Counted from the first letter of the stretch, positions 36,951 through 50,237 are shown. The stretch is 64,000 bases of DNA from Macrostomum lignano (GCA_002269645.1 NIVC01000014.1:124001-188000); one strand, 5' to 3'. The notes: a model not told the origin generated them from the sequence alone. A program made the numbers and translations.

Positions 36951-37804
36951 GAGTTTCGGGGTCACCAACAAGTTGTTTTTCCAAGTAGCTCGCGGTCTGA
37001 TTCGGTGCACATTCGATGAGCCATTGCTGCCAAAGGCAAGCAGGATTCGTTGATAAATTCTATTCAAATTTATCATGAGTGCAGGATATGACTTTCTGAA
37101 TCGCTAAAACAACTTTTTTAGGCTACGATCCAAACAGCCAGGCGTGCTTGCAAGCGTACACGCGCTTGGCCACACGCATAGCTTCCCCACAAGATTAAAA
37201 AAAACCGATAGGCATAGCAAGACAGGTTTTAAGTCTATAGCCACTGCAGTGAGGACAGTGAGGGAGATTCCTCCCCCTTTGCATTTATTATTCATTACCC
37301 AGCCCCCACAGCCGTGCAGGGCTAATCCACCCATCTATGCAGGGGCTAGGTTAGGTTAGAACACTGCGTCCGCAACTAGAAAAATCCAGTCAGTTGAATG
37401 CGATATTTGCAGGCTGACTGATTCTTTTTCGTTATAGATTGCATGTACATCTTGGCTTAGATAGGCATTTTACTCTCTCTGTGGGTTTTACCATAGACAT
37501 GGTTAGGAAAAATCAGTATGGAAAGCATACAGCTAAAAAGATTCTCCTAGAGGCTGTGTACACCCTGGCGCACTTTAAGCGACATTGTCACACAATCGGA
37601 GAGAGGCATTGCTGCCCATTCCGCCCACCGCCCCAAGCAGGATACGTACGCAGTCATAAGAGGGGTGTGCAGCGGCCCTAACACTATTTATCGTTAGGCA
37701 TGTACACTTCACTGTGCCTTGGGGGTTGGCCTTCAAGGCCGTTAATTGCACGAGCAGAGCCTGGCCGAGATTCCAGTTTAGCCCCCAAATTTAATGTGTC
37801 TGCA

Positions 37805-37868
37805 CTTGGAATCGAGCCTGGGCCGCTGGTACTTCAAAGCGACGCGCTGGACCTGTCCACATGCATCA
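37805..37868 (-). mobile_element. tRNA-derived SINE head, degenerate
   Basis: Minus strand GTGGACAGGTCCAGCGCGTCGCTTTGAAG..GGCCCAGGCTCGATTCC: A-box-like and B-box-like motifs at tRNA spacing. Confidence 0.45.
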
Positions 37869-38129
37869 ACAGCAATTCGGAACCACGAGGCGATACTGCA
37901 TTTGATACGCAATATCACAATGTCATTATTATTCAACGTGCCTGAGACTGACGTGTCACTTCAAGGAACTGCAGATGGTACTCCTGGCTGATTTAAAGCA
38001 AACAGTTTCGAGTGTTGTCGACTCGGAATGGCTTCCAGCACTTTTGCTCAAGTATAGGGTGCAGGCTGCTGCTGCTGCTGAGATGGTGGAGAATTTTAGA
38101 CTATCAGGCCTGCTCCATTGGGTCTTGCT

Positions 38130-39005
38130 GTAGCTGTAATGCTGTAGCTGTAAAGCTCTAGCTGTAAAGCTGTAGCTGTAATGCTGTAGCTGTAAAGCTG
38201 TAGCTGTAAATCTGTAGCTGTAATGCTGTAGCTGTAAATCTGTAGCTGTAAATCTGTAGCTGTAAATCTGTAGCTGTAAATCTGTAGCTGTAATGCTGTA
38301 GCTGTAAAGCTGTAGCTGTAAATCTGTAGCTGTAATGCTGTAGCTGTAAAGCTGTAGCTGTAATGCTGTAGCTGTAATGCTGTAGGTGTAAATCTGTAGC
38401 TGTAATGCTGTAGCTGTAAATCTGTAGCTGTAAATCTGTAGCTGTAATGCTGTAGGTGTAAATCTGTAGCTGTAATGCTGTAGCTGTAAATCTGTAGCTG
38501 TAAATCTGTAGCTGTAATGCTGTAGCTGTAAAGCTGTAGCTGTAAAGCTGTATCTGTAATGCTGTAGCTGTAAATCTGTAGCTGTAATGCTGTAGCTGTA
38601 ATGCTGTAGCTGTAAATCTGTAGCTGTAATGCTGTAGCTGTAAAGCTGTAGCTGTAAAGCTGTATCTGTAATGCTGTAGCTGTAAATCTGTAGCTGTAAT
38701 GCTGTAGCTGTAAATCTGTAGCTGTTAAGCTGTAGCTGTAATGCTGTAGCTGTAATGCTGTAGCTGTAATGCAGTAGCTGTAATGCTGTAGCTGTAAAGC
38801 TGTATCTGTAATGCTGTATCTGTAATGCTGTAGCTGTAATGCTGTAGCTGTAATGCTGTAGCTGTAATGCTGTAGCTGCAATGCTGTAGCTGCAATGCTG
38901 TAGCTGTAATGCTGTAGCTGTAATGCTGTAGCTGTAATGCTGTAGCTGAATGCTGTAGCTGTAATGCTGTAGCTGTAATGCTGTAGCTGTAATGCTGTCG
39001 CTGTA
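38130..39005. repeat. 14-bp minisatellite (GCTGTAGCTGTAAT)
   Basis: Tandem units. Confidence 0.95.
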
Positions 39006-39919
39006 AAACATTCTCTTTAATGCTTCATGGAACCCAGCTATCTTCATATCCATCTCCATCCCGATTTCTATAGCTCTATATGCAATCAAGGTTCTCAATC
39101 GCATAAACTCAAATTGGACAACCATGGAGGTCGCTGCTAAGTCGGTCGGACAGGGCCGCCAGTCTGCGGTAGGTGTGTATAATCCCCCCCCTATATTACG
39201 TGTATATATATTTTATATCGCATGGCCGCCTTAAGTCCCCAATTTTCTGTGCTCAAAGCGCTCACTCTTTCCCGACCAAAGTGAGTTTGAGCTCTCGAAC
39301 GGGTTAAGGAGAGACTGACGGAATCACTGAGGCAGTTCCGATTGGAAATCGAATACTTCTCCTTACCCACCTCTCGCTCTCTCTCTCTCTCCAGCTCATC
39401 TGGCCCCCGAAGCGCTGCTATTGGGAACAGTTGAGCGGAAGAGCGAAGCGAAATCGGCGGGGGAGGACAGGGATTATATAGGCAATAGCCGCGTCTGTGT
39501 GGCCTAACTATTTAAGCCCTGGAGTTGTATACTAGAATATTCTTGGATGTAGGATAGATAGATGGATGTTTTGTTTCTAGAAGCTGTCAACCCGGGTTAG
39601 TGTTGGATTGGTGCATAGAAACAAACTGTGTTGCTGGCATATAGCGGCGTGAAATTCTAAAAGCTGCTGCTGCTGCTGATAGCCTAGTTGCTAGGCAGAA
39701 GCAATCTCCCCTCTGTCCAGTCCCCGAGACAGTTTCCCGCGCAGTGTCTGCCAAACACTTGATCGTAAAAGTGCAAAACAGCCTCAGAGAGGGACGCGAG
39801 AAAAAGATGAAGAACGATTCTTGTACTTGCCGTGCTTGGATGTTGTCATGAAGTTTTAAGACTGTGGATGTTAAGATTTGGAATAGTCGTTAGGAGGTTT
39901 GTTGTGATTGTTTATTAGT

Positions 39920-42770
39920 GGGGCTATCGTGTTTTTGGCGGCTCTATCGTGTTTTGGGGGGCGCTATTGTGTTTTGGAGGTGCTGTTGTGTTTTGGGGGG
40001 GGGGCTGTTGTGTTTTGGAGGGGGCTGTTGTGTTTGGGGGGGGGGCTGTTGTGTTTGGGGGGGGCTGTTGTGTTTTGGAGGGGGCTGTTGTGTTTTGGAG
40101 GGGGCTGTTGTGTTTGGGGGGGCTGTTGTGTTTTGGAGGGGGCTGTTGTGTTTTGGAGGGCGCTGTTGTGTTTTGGATGGGGCTGTTGTGTTTTGGAGGG
40201 GGCTGTTGTGTTTTGGGGGTGCTGTTGTGTTTTGGAGGGGGCTGTTGTGTTTTGGAGGTTGCTATTGTGTTTTGGAGGGCGCTGTTGTGTTTTGGAGGTT
40301 GCTGTTGTGTTTGGGTGGGGGTTGTTGTGTTTGGGTGAGGGCTGTTGTGTTTTGGGGGTGCTGTTGTGTTTTGGAGGGTGCTGTTGTGTTTTGGAGGGCG
40401 CTGTTGTGTTTTGGATGGGGCTGTTGTGTTTTGGAGGGGGCTGTTGTGTTTTTGGGGGGCTGTTGTGTTTGGAGGGGGGGCTGTTGTGTTTTGGAGGGGG
40501 CTGTTGTGTTTTGGAGGGGGCTGTTGTGTTTTGGAAGGGGCTGTTGTGTTTTGGAGGGGGCTGTTGTGTTTTGGGGGTGCTGTTGTGTTTTGGAGGGGGC
40601 TGTTGTGTTTTGGAGGGGGCTGTTGTGTTTTGGAGGGGGCTGTTGTGTTTTGGAGGGGGCTGTTGTGTTTTGGAGGGGGCTGTTCTGTTTTGGAGGGGGC
40701 TGTTGTGTTTTGGATGGGGCTGTTGTTTTTTGGAGGGGGCTGTTGTGTTTTGGAGGTGCTGTTGTGTTTTGGAGGGTGCTGTTGTGTTTTGGAGGGCGCT
40801 GTTGTGTTTTGGATGGGGCTGTTGTGTTTTGGAGGGGGCTGTTGTGTTTTTGGGGGGCTGTTGTGTTTGGAGGGGGGGGGGCTGTTGTGTTTTGGAGGGG
40901 GCTGTTGTGTTTTGGAGGGGGCTGTTGTGTTTTGGAGGGGGCTGTTGTGTTTTGGGGGTGCTGTTGTGTTTTGGAGGGGGCTGTTGTGTTTTGGAGGGGG
41001 CTGTTGTGTTTTGGAGGGGGCTGTTGTGTTTTGGAGGGCGCTGTTGTGTTTTGGATGGGGCTGTTGTGTTTTGGAGGGGGCTGTTGTGTTTGGGGGGGCT
41101 GTTGTGTTTTGGAGGTGCTGTTGTGTTTTGGAGGGGGCTGTTGTGTTTTGGAGGTGCTGTTGTGTTTTGGAGGGGGCTGTTGTGTTTGGGGGGGCTGTTG
41201 TGTTTTCGAAGTGCTGTTGTGTTTTGGAGGGGGCTGTTGTGTTTTGGAGGGGCTGTTGTGTTTTGGATGGGGCTGTTGTGTTTTGGAGGGGCTGTTGTGT
41301 TTTGGATGGGGCTGTTGTGTTTTGGAGGGGGCTGTTGTGTTTTGGAGGGCGCTGTTGTGTTTTGGATGGGGCTGTTGTGTTTTGGAGGGGGCTGTTGTGT
41401 TTGGGGGGCTGTTGTGTTTTGGAGGTGCTGTTGTGTTTTGGAGGGCGCTGTTGTGTTTTGGAGGTGCTGTTGTGTTTTGGAGGGGGCTGTTGTGTTTGGG
41501 GGGGGGCTGTTGTGTTTTCGAAGTGCTGTTGTGTTTTGGAGGGGGCTGTTGTGTTTTGGAGGGGGCTGTTGTGTTTTGGATGGGGCTGTTGTGTTTTGGA
41601 GGGGGCTGTTGTGTTTTGGAGGTGCTGTTGTGTTTTGGAGGGTGCTGTTGTGTTTTGGAGGGCGCTGTTGTGTTTTGGATGGGGCTGTTGTGTTTTGGAG
41701 GGGGCTGTTGTGTTTTTGGGGGGCTGTTGTGTTTGGAGGGGGGGGCTGTTGTGTTTTGGAGGGGCTGTTGTGTTTTGGAGGGGGCTGTTGTGTTTTGGAG
41801 GGGGCTGTTGTGTTTTGGGGGTGCTGTTGTGTTTTGGAGGGGGCTGTTGTGTTTTGGAGGGGGCTGTTGTGTTTTGGAGGGCGCTGTTGTGTTTTGGATG
41901 GGGCTGTTGTGTTTTGGAGGGGCTGTTGTGTTTTGGAGGGGGCTGTTGTGTTTTGGGGGTGCTGTTGTGTTTTGGAGGGGGCTGTTGTGTTTTGGAGGGG
42001 GCTGTTGTGTTTTGGAGGGGGCTGTTGTGTTTTGGGGGTGCTGTTGTGTTTTGGATGGGGCTGTTGTGTTTTGGAGGGGGCTGTTGTGTTTTGGAGGGGG
42101 CTGTTGTGTTTTGGAGGGGGCTGTTGTGTTTGGGGGGGGCTGTTGTGTTTTCGAAGTGCTGTTGTGTTTTGGAGGGGGCTGTTGTGTTTTGGAGGGGCTG
42201 TTGTGTTTTGGATGGGGCTGTTGTGTTTTGGAGGGGGCTGTTGTGTTTGGGGGGGGTTGTTGTGTTTTGGAGGTGCTGTTGTGTTTTGGAGGGGGCTGTT
42301 GTGTTTTGGAGGTGCTGTTGTGTTTTGGAGGGGGCTGTTGTGTTTGGGGGGGGGCTGTTGTGTTTTCGAAGTGCTGTTGTGTTTTGGAGGGGGCTGTTGT
42401 GTTTTGGAGGGGGCTGTTGTGTTTTGGATGGGGCTGTTGTGTTTTGGAGGGGGCTGTTGTGTTTTGGATGGGGCTGTTGTGTTTTGGAGGGGGCTGTTGT
42501 GTTTTGGAGGGGGCTGTTGTGTTTTGGATGGGGCTGTTGTGTTTTGGAGGGTGCTGTTGTGTTTTGGAGGGGGCTGTTGTGTTTTGGAGGGGGCTGTTGT
42601 GTTTTGGAGGGGGCTGTTGTGTTTTGGAGGGGGCTGTTGTGTCTTGGAGGGGGCTGTTATGTTTTTGAGGGGGCTGTTGTGTTTTGGAGGGGGCTGTTGT
42701 GTTTTGGAGGGGGCTGTTGTGTTTTGGAGGTTGCTGTTGTGTTTTGGATGGGGCTGTTGTGTTTTGTGGC
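39920..42770. repeat. 18-20-bp minisatellite (GCTGTTGTGTTTTGGAGGGG), ~2.9 kb
   Basis: Tandem units with variable G-run; almost no A on the + strand. Confidence 0.97.
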
Positions 42771-43689
42771 CTGTCGTGATCTAGGGCCTCAAAGAATTCC
42801 TTTAATGGGGGTTGCGTTTTAGAGGTTTGCCTTTGTTTTATTGCACATAATACCAATTTTTTCGAATACATGTACGAGCTAAATGCATGTGCATGCAAAT
42901 AATAAAACCCCATCTGGTTGACTGGTGTGGGTACTGTAAAATTTTATCAGTGGGAATTAGAAGTCAAACAGCTTCATATAAAATTCAAACGCAGACAAGA
43001 CTGTTATGTACAAAAAATGCAAATTATGGGTTTGAATGGTGCAAAAAGTGGAATTCTGCCCGAGTGTCCACCAGCCTCCCTCTCCGGCTCCGTCTGGAAG
43101 CGGGTTAAAAGTGCACACTCACAGCGCAGTCTCCCCCGTTCCCCATCGTCGACATGCAGCCTCATCTCTGTCCTCTCTCAATTCATTCCATCGCCACCAA
43201 CCCCCCCCTCTTCAAACTCTGAAGCAGATGAGAAACAGGCATGCAGATTTTCTATTCAAACAAATTTTCCAACAATTGAACTGCTGAGGTTCAATGCTCT
43301 CAGACTTCTTTTTGAGGGTCTTAAAGGGGATTAAGAGGATGTTGCAAAAGCACTTGAGTCTATTTATAGACAATCCTGTATTCTGATAAGAATTATGCAA
43401 ATCGGATATATTCGATAGCGACACAGCTGAAGGCATAGATTAATGATGAAGCATTGGTACTCGGGATTATGGGATTATTTAGAAGCTTAATTACGAGTAT
43501 GTAGCCAATGACGGATACATGCGAGGTTGAGAAGGCAGCGTGACATTATTTGGCTCGATTTTTTAACAGCGCATGGGCTTTACGAATTATTTTATCATAT
43601 GAGTTATATTAGAGTCTAACGTACATTTGGAACACTGTGACATTGGCGCCCAATGGCACTCGCAGTAACTTTGGCACCAATGTCACACT

Positions 43690-44240
43690 CAGTCACTTAA
43701 GCGCCCTTTGGCCCACACACGGTCATTTTAGCGCCCTGTGACTCACACACACGGTCACTTTAACGCCCTGTGACTCACACACACGGTCACTTTAACGCCG
43801 TGACTCAAACACACCATCACTTTAACGCCCTGTGACTCACACACACGGTCACTTTAACGCCCTGTGACTCTCACACACGGTCACTTTAGCGAACTGTGAC
43901 ACACACACGGTCACTTTAGCGAACTGTGAAACACACACGGTCACTTTAGCGCCCTGTGACTCACACACACGGTCACTTTAACGCCGTGACTCACACACAC
44001 CATCACTTTAGCGCCCTGTGACTCACACACACGGTCACTTTAGCGCCCTGTGACTCACACACACGGTCACTTTAGCGCCCTGTGACTCACACACACGATC
44101 ACTTTAACGCCCTGTGACTCACACACACGGTCACTTTAACGCCCTGTGACTCACACACACGGTCACTTTAACGCCCTGTGACTCACACACACGATCACTT
44201 TAACGCCCTGTGACTCACACACACGGTCACTTTATCACCC
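43690..44240. repeat. ~32-bp minisatellite (GCCCTGTGACTCACACACACGGTCACTTTAAC)
   Basis: Tandem units, each with an internal GTGAC..GTCAC inverted pair. Confidence 0.93.
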
Positions 44241-44779
44241 GGTGACACACTTCGCTTACCAAACCTTCGAATAGCCACACTATTGAGTGCTAAATCATAT
44301 AAAAATTTGATTATTTAGCAAGCCTTAAATAGGAGATAAGAGACAAAGTCGAGAAGAGAGATCCAGAAAAAACACCAAAAAAGTTGAGAAAAACTTTATA
44401 AATAGCTAATATAGTACAAGCATACTCGTATGTAAAGTAAAACATATAGGAAGTCTATATAGGAAGCATGACTGATGGATGGACGGATGGAACGCAGTTA
44501 TATTTTATGCCTCTCATCTCTCTCACTACAACAAGCGATGAGGAATCTCCCTTGCCTTGCACTTCCTTCTTCCCGGCTTCGCCGCCTGCCACTCTTATGC
44601 ACGCACGGATGTAAAATCGGAAAGATCATTTTACAGCTTTTAACTGGGGGTTTACTATACTCAATATGGCTATACATGTAGGGGCTTTGAGCAAGACTGG
44701 CAGATAAATATAGCAGTATTTATCGTGTTAGATTTGGCCGCAGGGAAGGCGTTAAAGCACTAGATAAACAAAAGACACT

Positions 44780-45500
44780 TTCCAACCATAGACACACCAC
44801 AAACCACAGACACTTCACAAACAATAGACACTATACAAACCATAGACACTTCCCAAACCACAAACACGCCACAAACCATAGACACTCCACAAACCATAGA
44901 CACTCCAAAAAACAGACACTCCACAAACCATAGACACGCCACAAACCATGGACACCTCAGAAACCATAGACACTATACAAACCATAGACACTTCACAAAC
45001 CATAGATACTTCACAAACCATAGACACACCACAAACCATAGACACTCCACAAACCATAGACACTATACAAACCATAGACACTCCACAAACGATAGATACT
45101 TCTCAAACCATAGACACTTCACAAACCATAGACACTTTACAAACCATAGATACTTCACAAACCATAGACACACCACAAACCATAGACACTTCACAAACCA
45201 TAGGCACTCCACAAACCATAGACACTTCAGAAACCATTGGCACTCCACAAACCATAGACACTCCACAAACCATAGGCACTCCACAAACCCTAGACACACC
45301 ACAAACCATAGACACTCCACAAACCATAGACACACCACAAACCATAGACACTCCACAAACCATAGACACTCCACAAACCATAGACACTCCACAAACCATA
45401 GACACACCACAAACCATAGACACTCCACAAACGATAGGCACACCACAAACCATAGACACTCAACAAACCATAGACACACCACAAATAATAGACACTTCAG
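44780..45500. repeat. 18-bp minisatellite (CAAACCATAGACACTCCA)
   Basis: Tandem units. Confidence 0.93.
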
Positions 45501-46254
45501 AAACTAGTAAATGTAAATGCGATGCTTCCTAGAAAATAAAATTTATCTTTCCAGAAGCAACCTGGATTAAAGCAAGAATGCTTACTCTTCCTAACCTAGA
45601 TAGAAGATCGCCTTGCCCCATCATTGGGCATCCGCATGTTCTGTTAGGGAAGCCAGTCATCGCAGTTCCCCAAAGTTTACTTGATGGCGCGCGAAATTCT
45701 AGAAAGTACTGTAGAGGGACGAGGGAAGCGGATTTAACAAACACCATAATTCCGTTCGTATTGCAAATCTTAGCTATTCGTCTTTGGGTTGCATTAGAAA
45801 ATTTATTTTTCGCACATACTGCAATGCACACAGGGCACACAGTGTGTTGAAAATTCACAAATACGAAAGAAAACCACAGTTCCTGACTAGATGCTTGGCT
45901 AGTGTAATTTATCAATAGCTATCATTTTAGGAATATCTGAATCCACGAGCTCATACCCTCTCCTTCCCTACTGCCTCTCCCTCTTTCGGATTCTACTCTC
46001 TTTTTTCCTTTTTAACTTTCGAAAATTTTAAAAGCGTAAAACAAATACGCTGACAAAAAGCGAGCCTACGTGTTTGATAATTAATCTATTCTTGCAATAT
46101 TATTGTAAAATTAGATAATTTAAATTTATATTTTTTTGTAAATGATAGCAAAAAAATAAAAAAAACGCAGTTTACGAAAACATGGCAACTTTTGTAGCGA
46201 TCTTGAATTCACTAAATCGAAAAATAATTAATCATAACAAATACAGTCCAATAT

Positions 46255-46520
46255 CCAGACAATCCCACACCATATACCGTCCCACACCCAGACAATCCCA
46301 TACCCATACAGTCCCACACCTAGACAGTCTCACACCCAGTCAGTCCCACACTCAGACAGTCTCACTGCACCCAAGACAGTCCCACACCTGAGACAGTCCC
46401 ACACCTAGACAGTCTCGCTGCACCCAAGACAGTCCCACACCTGAGACAGTCCCACACCTGAGACAGTCCCACACCTGAGACAGTCCCACACCCAGACAGT
46501 CTCACTGCACCCAAGACACT
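46255..46520. repeat. 17-bp minisatellite (CCCACACCTGAGACAGT)
   Basis: Tandem units. Confidence 0.9.
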
Positions 46521-46647
46521 CCTATGCATAGGCATTACAATTCCTGTTACATACATCTACTCATAGATGACTCATTAATAATTAAAGCACAATGTGCACT
46601 TTTAACGGCCCATTAAGCAGTCCTGAAAGATTAGATTGAGTTCACAT

Positions 46648-46920
46648 TCACTCGTAGCGAAATTGCAAACCCGAGCCGGCCAATTTCTCCTCAATAATTC
46701 CGTCAACCAGCTCGGCATCCTCAGCGGAGAAATGCCGTTTCCAGTCGCCGATTTCACCGCGACGAATAAAATTTGAGCCGGGACGCCAGCGCTCGGGATC
46801 GGTCAGCGTGATGTTCACCATCGGGTTGGACTGCATTGCGGAGAAGCTGGTCTGCTGTAGCACCGAGTGCAGCAGGGCTTCGGTCAGCGGGGTGGATAGG
46901 AATTCGGCCATCCGCTTCAC
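46648..46920 (-). CDS. Cytosolic sulfotransferase, exon 3 (terminal)
   Basis: AACGCAG acceptor. Encodes TSFSAM and FIRRGEIGDWKRHF (RKGxxGDWK motif), then TGA. Confidence 0.92.
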   Translation of the reverse strand: MKRMAEFLSTPLTEALLHSVLQQTSFSAMQSNPMVNITLTDPERWRPGSNFIRRGEIGDWKRHFSAEDAELVDGIIEEKLAGSGLQFRYE

Positions 46921-46944
46921 CTGCGTTTCGTTGTAGTAGACGAT

Positions 46945-47730
46945 TTTTAGAGGCGATTTTTAGTGGCGATTTTTAGAGGCGATTTTTAGAGGCGATTTTT
47001 AGAGGCGATTTTTAGTGGCGATTTTTAGTGGTGATTCTTAGGGGTGATTTTTAGAGGCGATTTTTAGAGGCGATTCTCAGAGGCGATTTTTAGTGGTGAT
47101 TCTTAGGGGTGATTTTTAGAGGCGATTTTTAGAGGCGATTTTTAGAGGCGATTTTTAGAGGCGATTTTTAGTGGTAATTCTTAGGAGTGATTTTTAGAGG
47201 CGATTCTCAGAGGCGATTTTTAGTGGTGATTCTTAGGGGTGATTTTTAGAGGCGATTTTTAGTGGTGATTCTTAGGGGTGATTTTTAGAGGCGATTCTCA
47301 GAGGCGATTTTTAGTGGTGATTCTTAGGGGTGATTTTTAGAGGCGATTTTTAGAGGCGATTTTTAGAGGCGATTTTTAGAGGCGATTTTTAGTGGTAATT
47401 CTTAGGAGTGATTTTTAGAGGCGATTCTCAGAGGCGATTTTTAGAGGTGATTCCTAGGGGTGATTTTTAGAGGCGATTCTTAGGGGCGATTTTTAGAGGC
47501 CATTCTTAGGAGTGATTTTTAGAGGCGATTCTCAGAGGCGATTTTTAGAGGCGATTCTCAGAGGCGATTTTTAGAGGCAATTCTTAGGGGCGATTTTTAG
47601 AGGCGATTCTTAGGGGCGATTTTTAGAAGTGTTTCTTAGGGCCATCTTTAAGGTTAACTAATTTTAAGGGCAATTTGTAAGACAATTTTTAAGGTACGTT
47701 TTAGGGGCGATTCTTAGGGGCAATTTTTAG
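46945..47730. repeat. 13-bp minisatellite (GCGATTTTTAGAG) filling sulfotransferase intron 2
   Basis: Tandem units. Confidence 0.93.
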
Positions 47731-47819
47731 GGAAAATTCTCATCAGCATCAACAATTCTTCTAAAAAGACTCTTAAAAAACTTTGCAGGACCATAACTAT
47801 AGTTAGTCAGATATTTCAC

Positions 47820-48107
47820 CTCAGCAGTCTTGTCCACAATCAGATCTTCGTAGAACAAAATAAGCACCCTGGAATGCCTTCGCATCGACCACCAGGACAG
47901 ATTGAAGTCGAAAAAATCATGCACAACAATTTCGGTATTCTCGGCACCGCCGGGGATTCCTAGCATCATCCGCCAGAACTGGGAGAACTCCTGCGGCACA
48001 CCCGACAGCTCGTCGCGCCTGGCAGATGTCATGTGATGATAGGTTGACACAATGGCGTCTTTTGGATTGCGCATCACTATGATGTTGCGCGGACCAGATG
48101 GCGCCAC
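47820..48107 (-). CDS. Cytosolic sulfotransferase, exon 2
   Basis: ATGTAG acceptor and GTGAAA donor, phase 0/0. Encodes IVMRNPKDAIVSTY (3'-PB motif) and LFYEDL. Confidence 0.92.
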
Positions 48108-48627
48108 CTACATCAATCAGAGCGGCATCGGTCACCGATGTACTTTTATTGTACTTTAAACATTATTGTACTTTTACATTGATGTACTTTTACCGATTGA
48201 TGTACTTTTAAATTGACGTACTTTTACAGATTGATGTACTTTTATGTCCTGGTGCACTTTTACATGTTGTACTTTTAAGGACCACTGTCGTAAAACTGTA
48301 AGTGTAATTTTTAGAAGGCAAATTTCCTGGGAAAAATACACTGCGGGGATAGGAGAAAAAACATTTTCAACTCTGTTATTCCTTTTTGTTGCATACAGAT
48401 ACTCTTAGCCTTAAAAAGCTAGACCTTGGCTTAAAAACTGATTGTAGCTTTTTAAAGACAAGTTTTAGTATATGGATTTAACTATTTAGAAAGATATAGG
48501 ATAGCTACTAGTATGCATTTAAATTGGACTATGCCTACAATAATGGCTTGACACTACCATTTACTTTACCATTTAAACGAACTGCCCCGCCCTTCGATCC
48601 CGAATGAAGCCGCGGCATTATTCTCAC

Positions 48628-48960
48628 CAGATGCCGCATATGAAAGGCAGGCGGCAGATGCGTCTTCAACACCCGAGGCCTGTCCAGCTTCTTAGCCCCA
48701 TCAATCGGCCTTGGAACCGGCAGTTCCGGCGGCAAATTCAAATCTATAAATGGCGATCTCAATTTAAGGTCCGTAGTTCGAGTCCGCTCCGGTCCCAACA
48801 CCAGACAGGACACGATCTCTTGCACCAGGGTGGTTCCGCATTTGGGAAAAGTGTTCACCAAAATGTCGTCATCGTAGAATTGGAAATTTTCAGCAAGTTC
48901 AGCCAGCACTTCAGCCGACGAGTGTAGAGGCACCGGCCAGTCCCGCCAATATAGAGACAT
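48628..48960 (-). CDS. Cytosolic sulfotransferase (SULT1-like), exon 1
   Basis: DDILVNTFPKCGTT (5'-PSB loop) and LKTHLP (catalytic His); GTGAGA donor. The spliced CDS is about 297 aa. An acceptor 18 nt upstream could mean an additional 5' exon. Confidence 0.9.
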
Positions 48961-49099
48961 GCCTTCGCAGTGAGCGAGCTAACGACCGTTAGAAACCAAA
49001 GGTTTACAGATTTTTAACCTGTTGAACAACTGGGCTGACTTTATCTTATCTATCTTAGCAGCTTTTAGCTATATTTATGCACCAGCTCGGGCACAAGAG

Positions 49100-50090
49100 C
49101 GGCACTCTACCTTCTCTGCTCAGTCTCTACTGTCTCTCCCACTGACTACCCTCTCCATGTACAGACTCTCTCTCTCTCTCTCTGACTCTACCCTCTCCAA
49201 TTCTCTACTGTCTCTTTCTGTCTCTGACTCCACCCTCTCCTTCCCTGACTCTACCCTCTCCGTGTACAGACTCTCTCTCTCTGACTCTACCCTCTCCTTC
49301 TCTACCGTCTCTGACTCCACCCTCTCCTTTCCTGCTGTCTCTCCGACTCTTTGACTCCACCCTCTCCTTCCCTGACTCTACCCTCTCCGTGTACACACTC
49401 TCTCTCTGACTCCACCCTCTCCTTCCTTGCTGTCTCTCCGACTCTGACTCTACCCTCTCCTTCCCTGTTGTCTTCTGTTGACTCTACCCTCTCCTTCCCT
49501 GTTGTCTTCTGTTGACTCTACCCTCTCCTTCCCTGTTGTCTTCTGTTGACTCTACCCTCTCCTTCCCTGTTGTCTCTCCCTCTCTCTGACTCCACCCTCT
49601 CCTTCCCTGTTGACTCCACCCTCTCCTTCCCTGACTCTACCCTCTCCGTGTACACACTCTCTCTCTGACTCCACCCTCTCCTTCCCTGTTGTTTCTCCCT
49701 CTCTCTGACTCTACCCTCTCCTTCCCTGTTGTCTCTCCCTCTCTCTGACTCCACCCTCTCCTTCCATGTTGTCTCTCCCTCTCTCTTACTCCACCCTCTC
49801 CTTCCCTGTTGTCTCTCCCTCTCTCTGACTCCACCCTCTCCTTCCATGTTGTCTCTCCCTCTCTCTTACTCCACCCTCTCCTTCCCTGTTGTCTCTCCCT
49901 CTCTCTGACTCCACCCTCTCCTTCCATGTTGTCTCTCCCTCTCTCTGACTCCACCCTCTCCTTCCCTGTTGTCTCTCCCTCTCTCTGACTCCACCCTCTC
50001 CTTCCATGTTGTCTCTCCCTCTCTCTTACTCCACCCTCTCCTTCCCTGTTGTCTCTCCCTCTCTCTGACTCCACCCTCTCCTTCTTTGCT
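49100..50090. repeat. CT-rich ~40-bp minisatellite
   Basis: CTCTCTGACTCCACCCTCTCCTTCCCTGTTGTCTCTCCCT units. Confidence 0.93.
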
Positions 50091-50237
50091 CTCTCTCTTT
50101 CTCTGTCCTCTCCTTCTCTACTGCCACTCCCTCTTTTGATCTTTCCCTAGAAAACAGTCGTTTAGAAAGTCTGCAGTTTCAAATTTGTGTACCGTAGTAG
50201 AAGGCATGAGGGGGCTTCTGGGACAAAATTTTTCACC

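Noticed and set aside
37956-39125. 389-aa ORF with a protein-like N-terminus
   Set aside because: Most of it is a 14-bp repeat cycling through frames, and the flanks show no recognisable family. Kept only as a repeat.
39908-42913. 825-958-aa ORFs in several frames and on both strands
   Set aside because: The A-poor 18-20-bp satellite cannot form stop codons, and frames shift with G-run length.
44948-45532. IDTPQT-repeat 194-aa ORF
   Set aside because: It is an 18-bp satellite with essentially no unique flanking coding sequence or splice support.
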